From Candidatus Poribacteria bacterium (lineage in GTDB: Bacteria; Poribacteria; WGA-4E; WGA-3G): 64,000 nucleotides of DNA. The notes beneath the pieces were generated by a model. It ran no database searches. It worked only from the letters and a program-made list of their open reading frames with translations, and was not told the DNA's origin. The translations under genes and the position numbers were made by a program. Of this stretch, positions 47,804 to 57,633 are shown one piece after another. Within the stretch, counting starts at the first letter, position 1. Each line of letters starts with the position of its first letter. The stretch covers positions 4,269,987 to 4,333,986 of the forward strand of contig OZ241980.1 in assembly GCA_965204285.1 (NCBI GenBank), written 5' to 3'.

Positions 47804-49153
47804 ATGTTCATAATCTATTTTCTCACAGGTTACGTCGCTTTTGAAGAGTTTGTACTGAAATTTCTGCCTGTCAGTGATGCTGTATATTCTTACCTAAGAT
47901 TCTTAGGAGAGCTACTTATCTATGCGGCATTTGCAAAACTTGTTATTCACAAACTCTACAAAGGAATACCTTTCGTCAAAACAGCGATAGATTTGCCAAT
48001 TATCGGTTTTTACGTTGTGGTATTTCTTTCAATGGTAATAAACCGTTCACCATTGATCGGAAGCATTTATAATATCCGTCCATTTGCGCGGTATATAGTC
48101 CTCTTTTATCTTATTGCTAATTCACCTTTGTCTGAAAAACGCATTGCAACTTTTCTACGGGTAATTTTATGCGTTGGTGTAGCACAACTCTTTGCAGGTA
48201 TGATTCAATGGGCTGGTGGTCGCGGAGCTTTTGACTTCTTCCTTCCGCGTGCGTCAACGCTTGAAGTCGGTGGGTTCACAAAAGAATACAGATTGCTTGA
48301 ACTCGGTCGAGAAATTGGAAGTATCTATGGCACTTTGGGGGATACGGTTATTTACGGGGTGTTCATGATTCTTATCCTCGTCATTTTTCTTTCACGCATA
48401 AGGCGGTTGGAGTATCTGAATTTACTTGGAATAGTCGTTCTGTTGATGTTCATTGCCCGTTCTTACTCACGCGCTGCTACTTTTTCCGCGATTCTTGCAT
48501 GTGCAGCATGGTTCTACTTTCAATACGGTTGGAAGAAAACACTCCGTTTATCATTAGCAATAATACTCGTCTTCGGAATTCTTTTGGCGATAGTGAATCC
48601 ATTTAGCTTGGAATACGTTAATCCGAGAAAAGCGAAAGTTGGTTTGGTTGGGAATGTAACAGGTGTATTTTCTGGTTCTTATGTTCGTATAGCACAAAAA
48701 CAGAGACTTGGTGCCTTAATTGGGAATGTGCCGACAGTACTCGCAAACAAACCGATTTTAGGATATGGTGCAGATCAGAACAGCACGATTGAAAAACTGA
48801 ATATGAGCAAACGTTCATTTCTTTTAAAAGTACTCAGTAAAAAAGGATTTAAAGATGTGTATTGGGTTGCTATTCTCTGTTTTTACGGCCTGTTAGGGTT
48901 GGGTTTATTCAGTTTAATATTTCTCCGTCTTTTTATCGCGGCATTAAGTCTTTACAAGCGCGCAGTTAGTAGATACGCTAAGGAGATCGCGATGATAATG
49001 CTTTGTCTTGTTACAGTAACTGTCTTTTTGCTCTTTTTTAATCGAACACTTGAATTTCGTGGCTATGGGTTCTACTTTTGGCTGTGCGCGGGACTGATGT
49101 TTGCCAGTGATGCTTCACTTAAAACCTATAAACCGCTAAGGATTACTTTATGA
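47804..49153 (+). CDS. Wzy/O-antigen-ligase-like polytopic membrane protein
   Basis: About 10-12 TM helices with a large periplasmic loop. Locus context. Family call tentative. Confidence 0.4.
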   Translation: MFIIYFLTGYVAFEEFVLKFLPVSDAVYSYLRFLGELLIYAAFAKLVIHKLYKGIPFVKTAIDLPIIGFYVVVFLSMVINRSPLIGSIYNIRPFARYIVLFYLIANSPLSEKRIATFLRVILCVGVAQLFAGMIQWAGGRGAFDFFLPRASTLEVGGFTKEYRLLELGREIGSIYGTLGDTVIYGVFMILILVIFLSRIRRLEYLNLLGIVVLLMFIARSYSRAATFSAILACAAWFYFQYGWKKTLRLSLAIILVFGILLAIVNPFSLEYVNPRKAKVGLVGNVTGVFSGSYVRIAQKQRLGALIGNVPTVLANKPILGYGADQNSTIEKLNMSKRSFLLKVLSKKGFKDVYWVAILCFYGLLGLGLFSLIFLRLFIAALSLYKRAVSRYAKEIAMIMLCLVTVTVFLLFFNRTLEFRGYGFYFWLCAGLMFASDASLKTYKPLRITL

Positions 49154-50772
49154 GATATGTTAACCAAGATCGAACTGAGAAACGGAAATTATTCTCATCA
49201 TTTACATTCTTATTTTCTATCATTTTAGTATTATGCCTGCTATTCTTAGTAATTCGTGGTTGTGAAAAAAAATCTCTAATTTCCAGAGGAGTACGCTTTG
49301 AGGTTGACACACAAGCAAAAACGTTTTTGAGAAAAGAACTTTACGGCTTTAATACAAACATGATAAGCGGAGATTATGGGTATCTTGATACAGATTTTTT
49401 TACCTTAACAAAGGCACTTCAACCGAAAACATTGAGATTCCCTGGTGGGACAGTCGGCAATTTCTATCATTGGAAAACCAAAGGTTTTATTGAAAGCGAA
49501 ATGGGGTCAACTCTATATCCTCAACTGAATAAACGAAACAGAGGGAATTACATTAGACTCCAAAAGCGGCGGAACGGTATTATTTCTTTTGATGATTTTA
49601 TGCAGTTGTGCCAAGAATTAAATATTACGCCTATTGTCGTTGTTAATCTGTGGACGGGTACTCCCGAAGAGAGTGCTGATTGGGTGCGTTATGCCAAAAC
49701 CAAAGGATACAAGATTACGCATTGGGAACTTGGCAATGAGTACTATCTTCCACATTATGCCAACAAATTCCGTACTGCAGAAATTTATATGAGAGAAGCC
49801 AAAAAACATGCATTAGCAATGAAAGCCGTTGACCCCAACATAAAAGTGTCTGTATGCGCAACTCCTATAGCTTTCCACAAAGATGGGTGGTTAATAAAAA
49901 CAGCACAACGTAAATGGGATAAAAAACTCGCTGAGAACACTTATCCTTTGACAAATAGCTGGTATGATGCCTACACTGTTCATGTTTATGCATACAAAGC
50001 AGTCCGGAAAACAGATATTGAGAATATGCGAGGCTACCTCTTTGGATGGATTCACTTTGGCATAGATGAAGCAATGGAGTACTATGAGAAATTGTTTCCT
50101 GATAAAGAGATGTGGGTAACGGAGTGGAACATCGCTAATCCTGCTAACCGGGTCGCTAACACACAACTACATGCCATGTATGTCGGCGATTTTTTTCTGA
50201 AATTGCTCAGTATACCAAACATAACACAAGCAAACTTTCACGTGATTACTGGTCCGGGCAAAGGATTTCCAGTTTTTTCGCGGATTACACCTGTATCAAA
50301 ACGCACCTTTTGGAAATATGGCGGGGAACCAGAATCGGATTATGGAGACACAATTCGCCGCACTGTCTACTTCCCTTTTCAATTAATTGGTGAAGCATTC
50401 GCAGAATCAGATACGCAGTTTGCTGTTTCACTACAAAATATGCCAATGCTTGAAGGACAATTAGAGTATAAAGGAAGGCAAATGTCCGCGGTTCAAGTTC
50501 AAGCAATCGGAAACATTGAAACCGTCTACATATTTGTCAGTAATCGCTCTGCAGACGAACTAACACCACAACTTGCTATTGACGGAAAACAGTTGAAAAA
50601 AGAAATTAACTATCGCTATATTGCAAATGAGAGTCTCACAGCGACCAATGGTGGCAATGCTGAAATGGAAGGATCCGGCGAAATTGAGGTGCAAATTCAG
50701 GAATGGACAGGAAATTCTGCAGAACTCACAATTCCTAAAAACAGTTTTGGTGTGATAGAGGTCAAAAAGTGA
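49150..50772 (+). CDS. clan GH-A glycoside hydrolase (GH5/GH30/GH51/GH79-like), membrane-anchored
   Basis: N-terminal TM anchor. RFPGGTVGNFYHW. Acid/base WELGNEYY. Candidate nucleophile region VTEWN. 4-nt start/stop overlaps on both sides. Confidence 0.5.
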   Translation: MRYVNQDRTEKRKLFSSFTFLFSIILVLCLLFLVIRGCEKKSLISRGVRFEVDTQAKTFLRKELYGFNTNMISGDYGYLDTDFFTLTKALQPKTLRFPGGTVGNFYHWKTKGFIESEMGSTLYPQLNKRNRGNYIRLQKRRNGIISFDDFMQLCQELNITPIVVVNLWTGTPEESADWVRYAKTKGYKITHWELGNEYYLPHYANKFRTAEIYMREAKKHALAMKAVDPNIKVSVCATPIAFHKDGWLIKTAQRKWDKKLAENTYPLTNSWYDAYTVHVYAYKAVRKTDIENMRGYLFGWIHFGIDEAMEYYEKLFPDKEMWVTEWNIANPANRVANTQLHAMYVGDFFLKLLSIPNITQANFHVITGPGKGFPVFSRITPVSKRTFWKYGGEPESDYGDTIRRTVYFPFQLIGEAFAESDTQFAVSLQNMPMLEGQLEYKGRQMSAVQVQAIGNIETVYIFVSNRSADELTPQLAIDGKQLKKEINYRYIANESLTATNGGNAEMEGSGEIEVQIQEWTGNSAELTIPKNSFGVIEVKK

Positions 50773-51824
50773 AATTGGATAAAATGCTTTTTGTTGTAGG
50801 GAATAGTCGAAGTGGAACAACAATGATGGGACGTATTTTAGGGAAACATTCTGATGTCTATACTTTTGGCGAACTCCACTTTTTTGGACAGTTATGGTCT
50901 CCTGCATTTTCTTCTGAATTACAAAAACAGAAAGCAGAAAAGTTGGCTTCGCAGCTATTCTGTATTCAACGAGAAGGATACCGGACACACGGCAACCCCA
51001 GTAGTTTTCTGGGAGAATCTCAGAACTTTCTCAATGAATTAACTGAATATCCTACAACACCTGACCGTCTTTTTTCAGCGTTCCTCCAATACGAGGCATC
51101 GCTAAATTGTAAAACGATCCCTTGCGACCAGACACCACGTAATGTGTTTTACATTGAAGACATCCTCCAATTTTATCCACAAGCAAAGATTATTAACATG
51201 ATTCGGGATCCGCGGGATGTACTCCTATCTCAAAAGCAAAAATGGAAACGCCGCTTTCTCGGTGGTAGTGATATGCCAAGAAAAGAGACGTTCCGTGATT
51301 GGATTAACTATCATCCTGTAACGATCAGCCGAATTTGGCATACTGCTGTTACTGCCGGAGATAAATTAGTTGATAGTGAACGAGTTATTTCAATTTACTT
51401 TGAAAAACTTCTTGCACATCCTGAAGCGACAGTCGCTGATGTTTGTGACTTTATAGGTATTGATTACGCTGCTTCAATGTTACAAGTGCCGCAAGTCGGT
51501 TCTTCTGTTAACACAGATAAACCCAATCAACTCGGCATAAATCCGACTCGCACACATAACTGGCACACCAATCACAAAAGTAAAAAAGATTCTGATCTCC
51601 CAACCGAAAGACGAGAATCCCTCAGTTCCACGGAAATTTACATATCCGAAAAAATAAACAGGACGCTGATGGAAAAACATAACTATATTCCTGTTTCAAC
51701 ACGTCCAAACATTTTTAGCTTAGTTGTTAATATCCTCTCATTTCCAATGAAATTAGCGGCAGCTTTCGTTTGTAACCTTGATAGAATGAAAAACATCCGT
51801 GAAACCTTAAAAAGACGTTTATAA
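50769..51824 (+). CDS. sulfotransferase-family protein (PAPS-dependent)
   Basis: VVGNSRSGTTMMGRIL and MIRDPRDVLLS. Confidence 0.65.
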   Translation: MKLDKMLFVVGNSRSGTTMMGRILGKHSDVYTFGELHFFGQLWSPAFSSELQKQKAEKLASQLFCIQREGYRTHGNPSSFLGESQNFLNELTEYPTTPDRLFSAFLQYEASLNCKTIPCDQTPRNVFYIEDILQFYPQAKIINMIRDPRDVLLSQKQKWKRRFLGGSDMPRKETFRDWINYHPVTISRIWHTAVTAGDKLVDSERVISIYFEKLLAHPEATVADVCDFIGIDYAASMLQVPQVGSSVNTDKPNQLGINPTRTHNWHTNHKSKKDSDLPTERRESLSSTEIYISEKINRTLMEKHNYIPVSTRPNIFSLVVNILSFPMKLAAAFVCNLDRMKNIRETLKRRL

Positions 51825-51850
51825 TTCATATATTGACCTGTACGTAGAAC

Positions 51851-52852
51851 ATGATTGCTCAAATTAATTCTGAATATATCACAACGCGTCCAACAAAAGC
51901 GCTAACTCGCCTCATCAGTTATACCTTTTTTGAAGGACGACCTGTGACAACAAAAGGTAGGTGGATAAATCCAGTTGTATTTTCTCTCCTGAAGAAGGCT
52001 GCGAGTAGTAGTAGACGATTCACACCAATTGAGAAACCTATCTTTATTCTTGGGACAGGGCGGAGTGGAACGACAATCTTAGGAATTGTGCTTTCTATGC
52101 ATAAAGATATCGGGTACCTAAATGAACCAAAAGCGATATGGCACCTCATCCATCCACATGAAGACATCATTGGGAATTACAGTCTAAGCCACGCTAAGTA
52201 CCGTCTCAACGCTGAAGATGCAACAGATGAAATGTGTCAACGTGCTGCCCAGATGTTTGGTGCTTATTTGTCATTAACCGGTTCAAAACGTGTCGTTGAT
52301 AAATATCCTGAACTAATCTTCAGGGTTGATTTCGTCCGCGCTCTATTCCCTGATGCGCGGTTTATTTTTCTTGTCCGAAATGGGTGGGATACATGCCGTT
52401 CAATTGCCAACTGGTCAACACGACTCGGTGTTCAAGTCAATGGTGAGAAACACGATTGGTGGGGAGTGGACGACCGTAAATGGAAACTAATAATAGATCA
52501 ACTGGTTACTACCGACGCAGACTTGAAAAACATTGTTGAGGATGTGAAAAATTTTGATCGACACTTAGACAAAGCATCTGTTGAATGGGTATTAACAATG
52601 CGCGAAGGGCTGCATCTAATGCAAAACTTACCTAACTGTACCTACGAAGTTCATTTTGAAAAATTAACATCAAAGCCCCAAGAAGTACTACCACCTCTAT
52701 GCGAATTCTGTGACTTGCTAACAGACAGCACGTTCCTAAATTATGCACAGCATAGCCTAAATCCGGTGCCGCCAAGAGAACCATTTGATTTACATCCGAA
52801 GATAGCACCGATTTTCTATGACACGATGTCAAGATTAGGGTATAATAACTAA
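51851..52852 (+). CDS. sulfotransferase-family protein (PAPS-dependent)
   Basis: ILGTGRSGTTILGIVL and FLVRNGWDTCRS. Confidence 0.6.
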   Translation: MIAQINSEYITTRPTKALTRLISYTFFEGRPVTTKGRWINPVVFSLLKKAASSSRRFTPIEKPIFILGTGRSGTTILGIVLSMHKDIGYLNEPKAIWHLIHPHEDIIGNYSLSHAKYRLNAEDATDEMCQRAAQMFGAYLSLTGSKRVVDKYPELIFRVDFVRALFPDARFIFLVRNGWDTCRSIANWSTRLGVQVNGEKHDWWGVDDRKWKLIIDQLVTTDADLKNIVEDVKNFDRHLDKASVEWVLTMREGLHLMQNLPNCTYEVHFEKLTSKPQEVLPPLCEFCDLLTDSTFLNYAQHSLNPVPPREPFDLHPKIAPIFYDTMSRLGYNN

Positions 52853-52927
52853 GTGGCATTGAAATAAGAGGAGGTTGTCAATGTGAATTATCCACACAAG
52901 TGTATAGTTCACTTGAAAAAGTATAAT

Positions 52928-53452
52928 ATGAGATTTTTGATTCTAATAATGCTTTGCGAATCAGCATTCCTTATCGGGTGCGACCAACGGATGGAACAGT
53001 CCATCATGCAGGTTGTAGTTCCCTCAGAGAGTTCTATAGAAAAAGCAAGATCAGCAATGAAAAAGGTTAATGAAAGACGGACAGAGGCCCAACAAAGGGC
53101 AGAAAAAACAGGTAACTTTTCCACCATACTTACTTCTTCTGAGGACATCTTCAGAGAAGAACTCGGCTTTAGAAAGGGGCTATGGGTTGATTTAGTGGAA
53201 ATATATCGCCAAGAGAATCTGGAAAATGCTACACTATTGGAAGTACTTGAGAACCTACAAGATGCCTTTGCTGAAAAATTAACGGAAGGCACCCTTGGCA
53301 TGTTCTACTTTCAATATATCAGTTCCTTTGATGAAATAATTATTGAATATCTCCGTCTGTCATTTGATTTTCCAGAAAAGAGTGAGAAAGATCTTCTTAC
53401 GCTATTCAGAGAATCTGTGAATGATAGAAAAATTTCCATTGTTTTTCCATAA
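52928..53452 (+). CDS. hypothetical lipoprotein
   Basis: MRFLILIMLCESAFLIGC lipobox. Helical. No motif. Confidence 0.4.
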   Translation: MRFLILIMLCESAFLIGCDQRMEQSIMQVVVPSESSIEKARSAMKKVNERRTEAQQRAEKTGNFSTILTSSEDIFREELGFRKGLWVDLVEIYRQENLENATLLEVLENLQDAFAEKLTEGTLGMFYFQYISSFDEIIIEYLRLSFDFPEKSEKDLLTLFRESVNDRKISIVFP

Positions 53453-53466
53453 GGTTCATTTACATT

Positions 53467-55548
53467 ATGCACGAAACATCTACTGTACAAACACATAAAC
53501 AAGCATCTGAGAAGCGTCCTTTTACCCGACGCGATTTTCTTTCAACCAGCCTAAAAGCCGGTGCAGCGGCTTTCACAACAGCACTTTTACCCAGATTCCG
53601 TGCCGATGCTGCAGGACAATACAATGTGTTGTTTATCATGGTTGACGACCTACGCCCTATGTTAGGCTGCTATGGGCACTCACAGATGCATACGCCTAAC
53701 ATTGATAGACTTGCCCAGCGAGGCACACTTTTCAACCGTGCCTATTGTCAATATCCGCTTTGTAGCCCATCTCGAACCTCTATGATAACTGGGTTGCGCC
53801 CAGAAACAACAGATGTCCTTAATAATTCAGATGATTTTCGGCAGAAATTGCCTGATGTAGTGACACTACCACAGAATTTTAAAAGATACGGATACCATAC
53901 ACAATCTGTCGGTAGAGTTGCCCATCTTCCAAGACTCCAAGATGATGAAAACTCATGGAGTGCTCCGTCATGGAGGCCTACATGGATACCTTTTGACATA
54001 GAGACAACTCCATCTTGGCAGGCACTTGACGTTGAAGACGACGAACTTAGGGATGGAAAAACTGCAAGGCGAGCCGTTCAGGTTTTAGAACAGATTAAAC
54101 ATCAACAATTCTTTCTGACTGTTGGATTTTATAAACCGCATCTTCCCCTGAAAGCACCACGGAAATATTTTGAGTTATACGATACGCAAGACTTTGACTT
54201 ACCCGCTTCTAATATGCCACCTATAGATGCGCCTGAAAGGGCACTCACTAATTGGAGTTCTATCAGAAGATATCAAGATCTACCTGCCGGAACAGAACCA
54301 CTTTCTGACGAGAAAACTTTGGAGTTAACTCAAGCATACGCGGCAGCTACAAGTTACATAGATGCACAAATTGGACGCGTATTAACAAAATTAGATGCTC
54401 TTGGTCTCACTGAAAAAACTGTCATCGTTTTCTGTGGAGATCATGGACATCATCTCGGTGAGCAGGGGATATGGGGCAAGCAAACTTTGTTTGAAGTTTC
54501 GCTCCGTTCACCTCTAATTGTGAGTGTTCCAGGGCAACAGACAGCAGAGACGAATGCCCTATCTGAACTTGTTGACATCTATCCAACGTTGTGTGATGCA
54601 TGTCAACTTCCAATACCTCCACAATTAGAAGGTCTGAGTCTGATGCCAATCATAGAGCAGCCGACACGTCCATGGAAAACCTCTGCCTTTAGTCAATTCG
54701 GTCAAGGAAACTCTATGCGGACAGAACAGTACCGATATACCGAATGGGGAAATAATGGGAGCCTTGGGCTGGAACTTTACGATTATTACACTGACCCGAA
54801 TGAGACAGTCAATATTGCACATCTTCCAGAAAACGAGGAACTTGTTGAACAACTCAGCGAAAAACTGCATGCTGGCTGGCAAGGAGCTCTATCTGATATA
54901 CCGGACCAATTCCATGTTCCACAAACGTTACCGTGGGATATAAACAATGACGGTGTTGTTGATTTCCAAGACCTTGTTTTGATCTCAAGTAATTTTGGTA
55001 CTGAGGCACCTGAAAATCCGAAAGTTGACGTGAATAGAGATGGTAATGTTAACATCATTGATTTGCTCATAGTTGCTGCACATCTCGGTGAATCTACCAA
55101 CACGGGGGCACCTGCAACACAGGCAGAGATTTTCCCAAAACACTTTAGTTTAGTGGATGAATGGCTCACAGAAGCACGTTTAGTGGATGATGGTTCAGAT
55201 GTTTTTAAACTGGGTATCGCTACCTTGGAAGGATTACTTAATATTGTAACTCCAGAAAAAACAGTGCTTTTACCGAACTTCCCGAATCCTTTTAATCCAG
55301 AGACTTGGATACCTTACGATTTAGCACAAGACACGGATGTTCACATCCATATCTTTAATCTGAAGGGCGAATCAATTCGTGAGTTACCACTTGGTTTCCA
55401 AACCGCTGGCACATATAGGTCTCAGGCGCAAGCCGCATATTGGGATGGGCGTAATTCTGAGGGTGAGCTTGTTGCAAATGGAGTTTATTTTTGTACACTC
55501 CACGCGGGACAAACACGAGGAACACGCAAAATGGTAATAAGAAAATAA
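53467..55548 (+). CDS. Tat-signal arylsulfatase-family (Cys-type, C-x-P-x-R) enzyme with C-terminal dockerin-like pair plus T9SS-type CTD
   Basis: TRRDFLSTSLKAGAAAF twin-arginine motif. FIMVDDLRP. Active-site CSPSRTSMITG (53761-53775). GDHGHHLGE. C-terminus DINNDGVVDFQD / DVNRDGNVNIID and NFPNPFNPETWIPYDL...GVYFCTL. Confidence 0.8.
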   Translation: MHETSTVQTHKQASEKRPFTRRDFLSTSLKAGAAAFTTALLPRFRADAAGQYNVLFIMVDDLRPMLGCYGHSQMHTPNIDRLAQRGTLFNRAYCQYPLCSPSRTSMITGLRPETTDVLNNSDDFRQKLPDVVTLPQNFKRYGYHTQSVGRVAHLPRLQDDENSWSAPSWRPTWIPFDIETTPSWQALDVEDDELRDGKTARRAVQVLEQIKHQQFFLTVGFYKPHLPLKAPRKYFELYDTQDFDLPASNMPPIDAPERALTNWSSIRRYQDLPAGTEPLSDEKTLELTQAYAAATSYIDAQIGRVLTKLDALGLTEKTVIVFCGDHGHHLGEQGIWGKQTLFEVSLRSPLIVSVPGQQTAETNALSELVDIYPTLCDACQLPIPPQLEGLSLMPIIEQPTRPWKTSAFSQFGQGNSMRTEQYRYTEWGNNGSLGLELYDYYTDPNETVNIAHLPENEELVEQLSEKLHAGWQGALSDIPDQFHVPQTLPWDINNDGVVDFQDLVLISSNFGTEAPENPKVDVNRDGNVNIIDLLIVAAHLGESTNTGAPATQAEIFPKHFSLVDEWLTEARLVDDGSDVFKLGIATLEGLLNIVTPEKTVLLPNFPNPFNPETWIPYDLAQDTDVHIHIFNLKGESIRELPLGFQTAGTYRSQAQAAYWDGRNSEGELVANGVYFCTLHAGQTRGTRKMVIRK

Positions 55549-55559
55549 GGGAACGGTTT

Positions 55560-57596
55560 ATGAAAAACGATAAGCAACAGAAGACATCTTTTCAACCATT
55601 TACCCGACGGGATTTCCTATCAACAACTTTGAAAGCAGGTGCTGCCGCTTTCACGACAGGACTTTTGCCCAAACTCAAAGCAGACGCTAATTGTCAATAC
55701 AATGTGTTGTTTATCATGGCTGACGACCTACGCCCCCTACTTGGCTGCTACGGATATCCAGAGATGCATACGCCTAACATTGATAGACTTGCCCAGCGAG
55801 GCACACTCTTCAACCGTGCCTATTGCCAATTTCCTGTGTGTAACGCATCCCGGACCTCAATGCTCACTGGGTTAAGACCTGAGACAACAAGGGTGTTTTC
55901 CAATAGAGATAGATTTCGGGAGACGTTACCAAACGCTCTGACGCTCCCACAGCACTTTAAAGCATACGGATATCATACTCAATCGATTGGTAAAATTTTT
56001 CATAATCTTGCAATGCAAGATGACACCTATTCGTGGAGTGTTCCCTCGTGGGGACTGCCGATAACGAATCAGGGACCGTCGCATCCTTCTTGGAAAGCAT
56101 TTGAAGTTGAAGATAGTGAACTTAGTAGTGGTAAAACAGCAAAGCGCGCGATTGAGGTATTGGACGAAATTCAAGATACACAGTTTTTTCTCTCTGTTGG
56201 TTTTCACACACCACATTTACCTTTTTATGCCCCAAAGAGGTATTACGATTTATACAAAAACGAAAACTTCAGTTTTACATCTTCTTCCATCTACCCAAAT
56301 ACGAATATGAGGTTATTCCGAGATATCCCTGATGAAGGCCCTCTCACGGACGCAAAAGCGTTAGAATTAATTCGGGCGTACGCTGCATCAATTAGTTATA
56401 TGGACGCACAAATCGGACGTGTTTTAGACAGGATAGACGCACTCAGCTTGGCAGAAAAAACAGTTGTCATTTTTGCAGGTGACCACGGTTATCATCTTGG
56501 AGAGCATGGCAAATGGGGAAAGAATTATCTTTTTGAAGTTTCCCTCCGATCACCACTGATTGTCAGTGTTCCAGGACAGACATATCAGGGCGTTAAAACG
56601 GATGTCCTCACAGAACTTGTTGACATCTATCCAACATTGTGTGATGCATGTCAACTTCCAATACCTTCACAATTAGAAGGTTTGAGTCTGATGCCCGTCA
56701 TTGATGAACCGACACGTACGTGGAAAACTGCTGCTTTTAGCCAAGTAGGAAGGTCAAACGGGAATTCTATGCGGACAGAACAGTATCGATACACCGAGTG
56801 GGGAAACAATGGAAGACAAGGACAGGAACTTTACGATTATCATACTGACCCGAATGAGACAGTCAATATCGCGAATCTACCAGAAAACAAAGAACTTGTA
56901 GCACACCTCAGAGAACGGCTCCATGCTGGGTGGCAAGCGGCTTTGCCAGATGTACAAGAGCAAGTGCGTGTTCCGCAAACGTTACCATGGGATATAAACA
57001 ACGACGGTGTTGTAGATATTCAGGATCTGATCTTGGTTTCAAACAGTTTTGGGATGGAGACTCCAGAACATACGAAAGCAGATATAAATAAAGATGGAAA
57101 CGTTGATATAATAGATTTATTATATGTCGCATCGCATTTCGGGGAATCTTGCATTGCATCAGCATCCTCGGCATCAGTTTCACAAGAACATGTCAATAGC
57201 ATTTCTGAATGGTTGACTGAAGCACGCCAAGCAGATGACGGTTCTGACGTTTTTCGGCACGGAATTGCGAACTTAGAAGCGCTGTTTAACACCGTAACCC
57301 CTAAAAAAACAACCCTTCTTCCGAATTTTCCAAATCCTTTCAATCCAGAAACTTGGATACCTTATGATTTGGCGAGAGATACAGATGTCAACATTGAGAT
57401 CTATAATCTGAAGGGAGAAATTATTAGAAAGCTAAATATGGGATTACAAACTGCTGGCACCTATCGGAGTAAAACAAATGCAGCACATTGGGATGGACGT
57501 AATTCGGGGGGTGAACTTGTTGCAAGTGGCGTCTATTTTTATTCTCTTAACACTGGTATGGTAAAAGCTATCCGCCGAATGACAATTCTTAAATAA
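55560..57596 (+). CDS. Tat-signal sulfatase-family enzyme with variant C-N-A-S-R active-site motif and C-terminal dockerin-like pair plus T9SS-type CTD
   Basis: TRRDFLSTTLKAGAAAF. FIMADDLRP. CNASRTSMLTG (55839-55853; Ala in place of the canonical Pro). GDHGYHLGE. Same C-terminal module. Confidence 0.8.
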   Translation: MKNDKQQKTSFQPFTRRDFLSTTLKAGAAAFTTGLLPKLKADANCQYNVLFIMADDLRPLLGCYGYPEMHTPNIDRLAQRGTLFNRAYCQFPVCNASRTSMLTGLRPETTRVFSNRDRFRETLPNALTLPQHFKAYGYHTQSIGKIFHNLAMQDDTYSWSVPSWGLPITNQGPSHPSWKAFEVEDSELSSGKTAKRAIEVLDEIQDTQFFLSVGFHTPHLPFYAPKRYYDLYKNENFSFTSSSIYPNTNMRLFRDIPDEGPLTDAKALELIRAYAASISYMDAQIGRVLDRIDALSLAEKTVVIFAGDHGYHLGEHGKWGKNYLFEVSLRSPLIVSVPGQTYQGVKTDVLTELVDIYPTLCDACQLPIPSQLEGLSLMPVIDEPTRTWKTAAFSQVGRSNGNSMRTEQYRYTEWGNNGRQGQELYDYHTDPNETVNIANLPENKELVAHLRERLHAGWQAALPDVQEQVRVPQTLPWDINNDGVVDIQDLILVSNSFGMETPEHTKADINKDGNVDIIDLLYVASHFGESCIASASSASVSQEHVNSISEWLTEARQADDGSDVFRHGIANLEALFNTVTPKKTTLLPNFPNPFNPETWIPYDLARDTDVNIEIYNLKGEIIRKLNMGLQTAGTYRSKTNAAHWDGRNSGGELVASGVYFYSLNTGMVKAIRRMTILK

Positions 57597-57633
57597 AATT
57601 TATTTCATTTTGTTCCTTGGAGGCAGAAAATAC

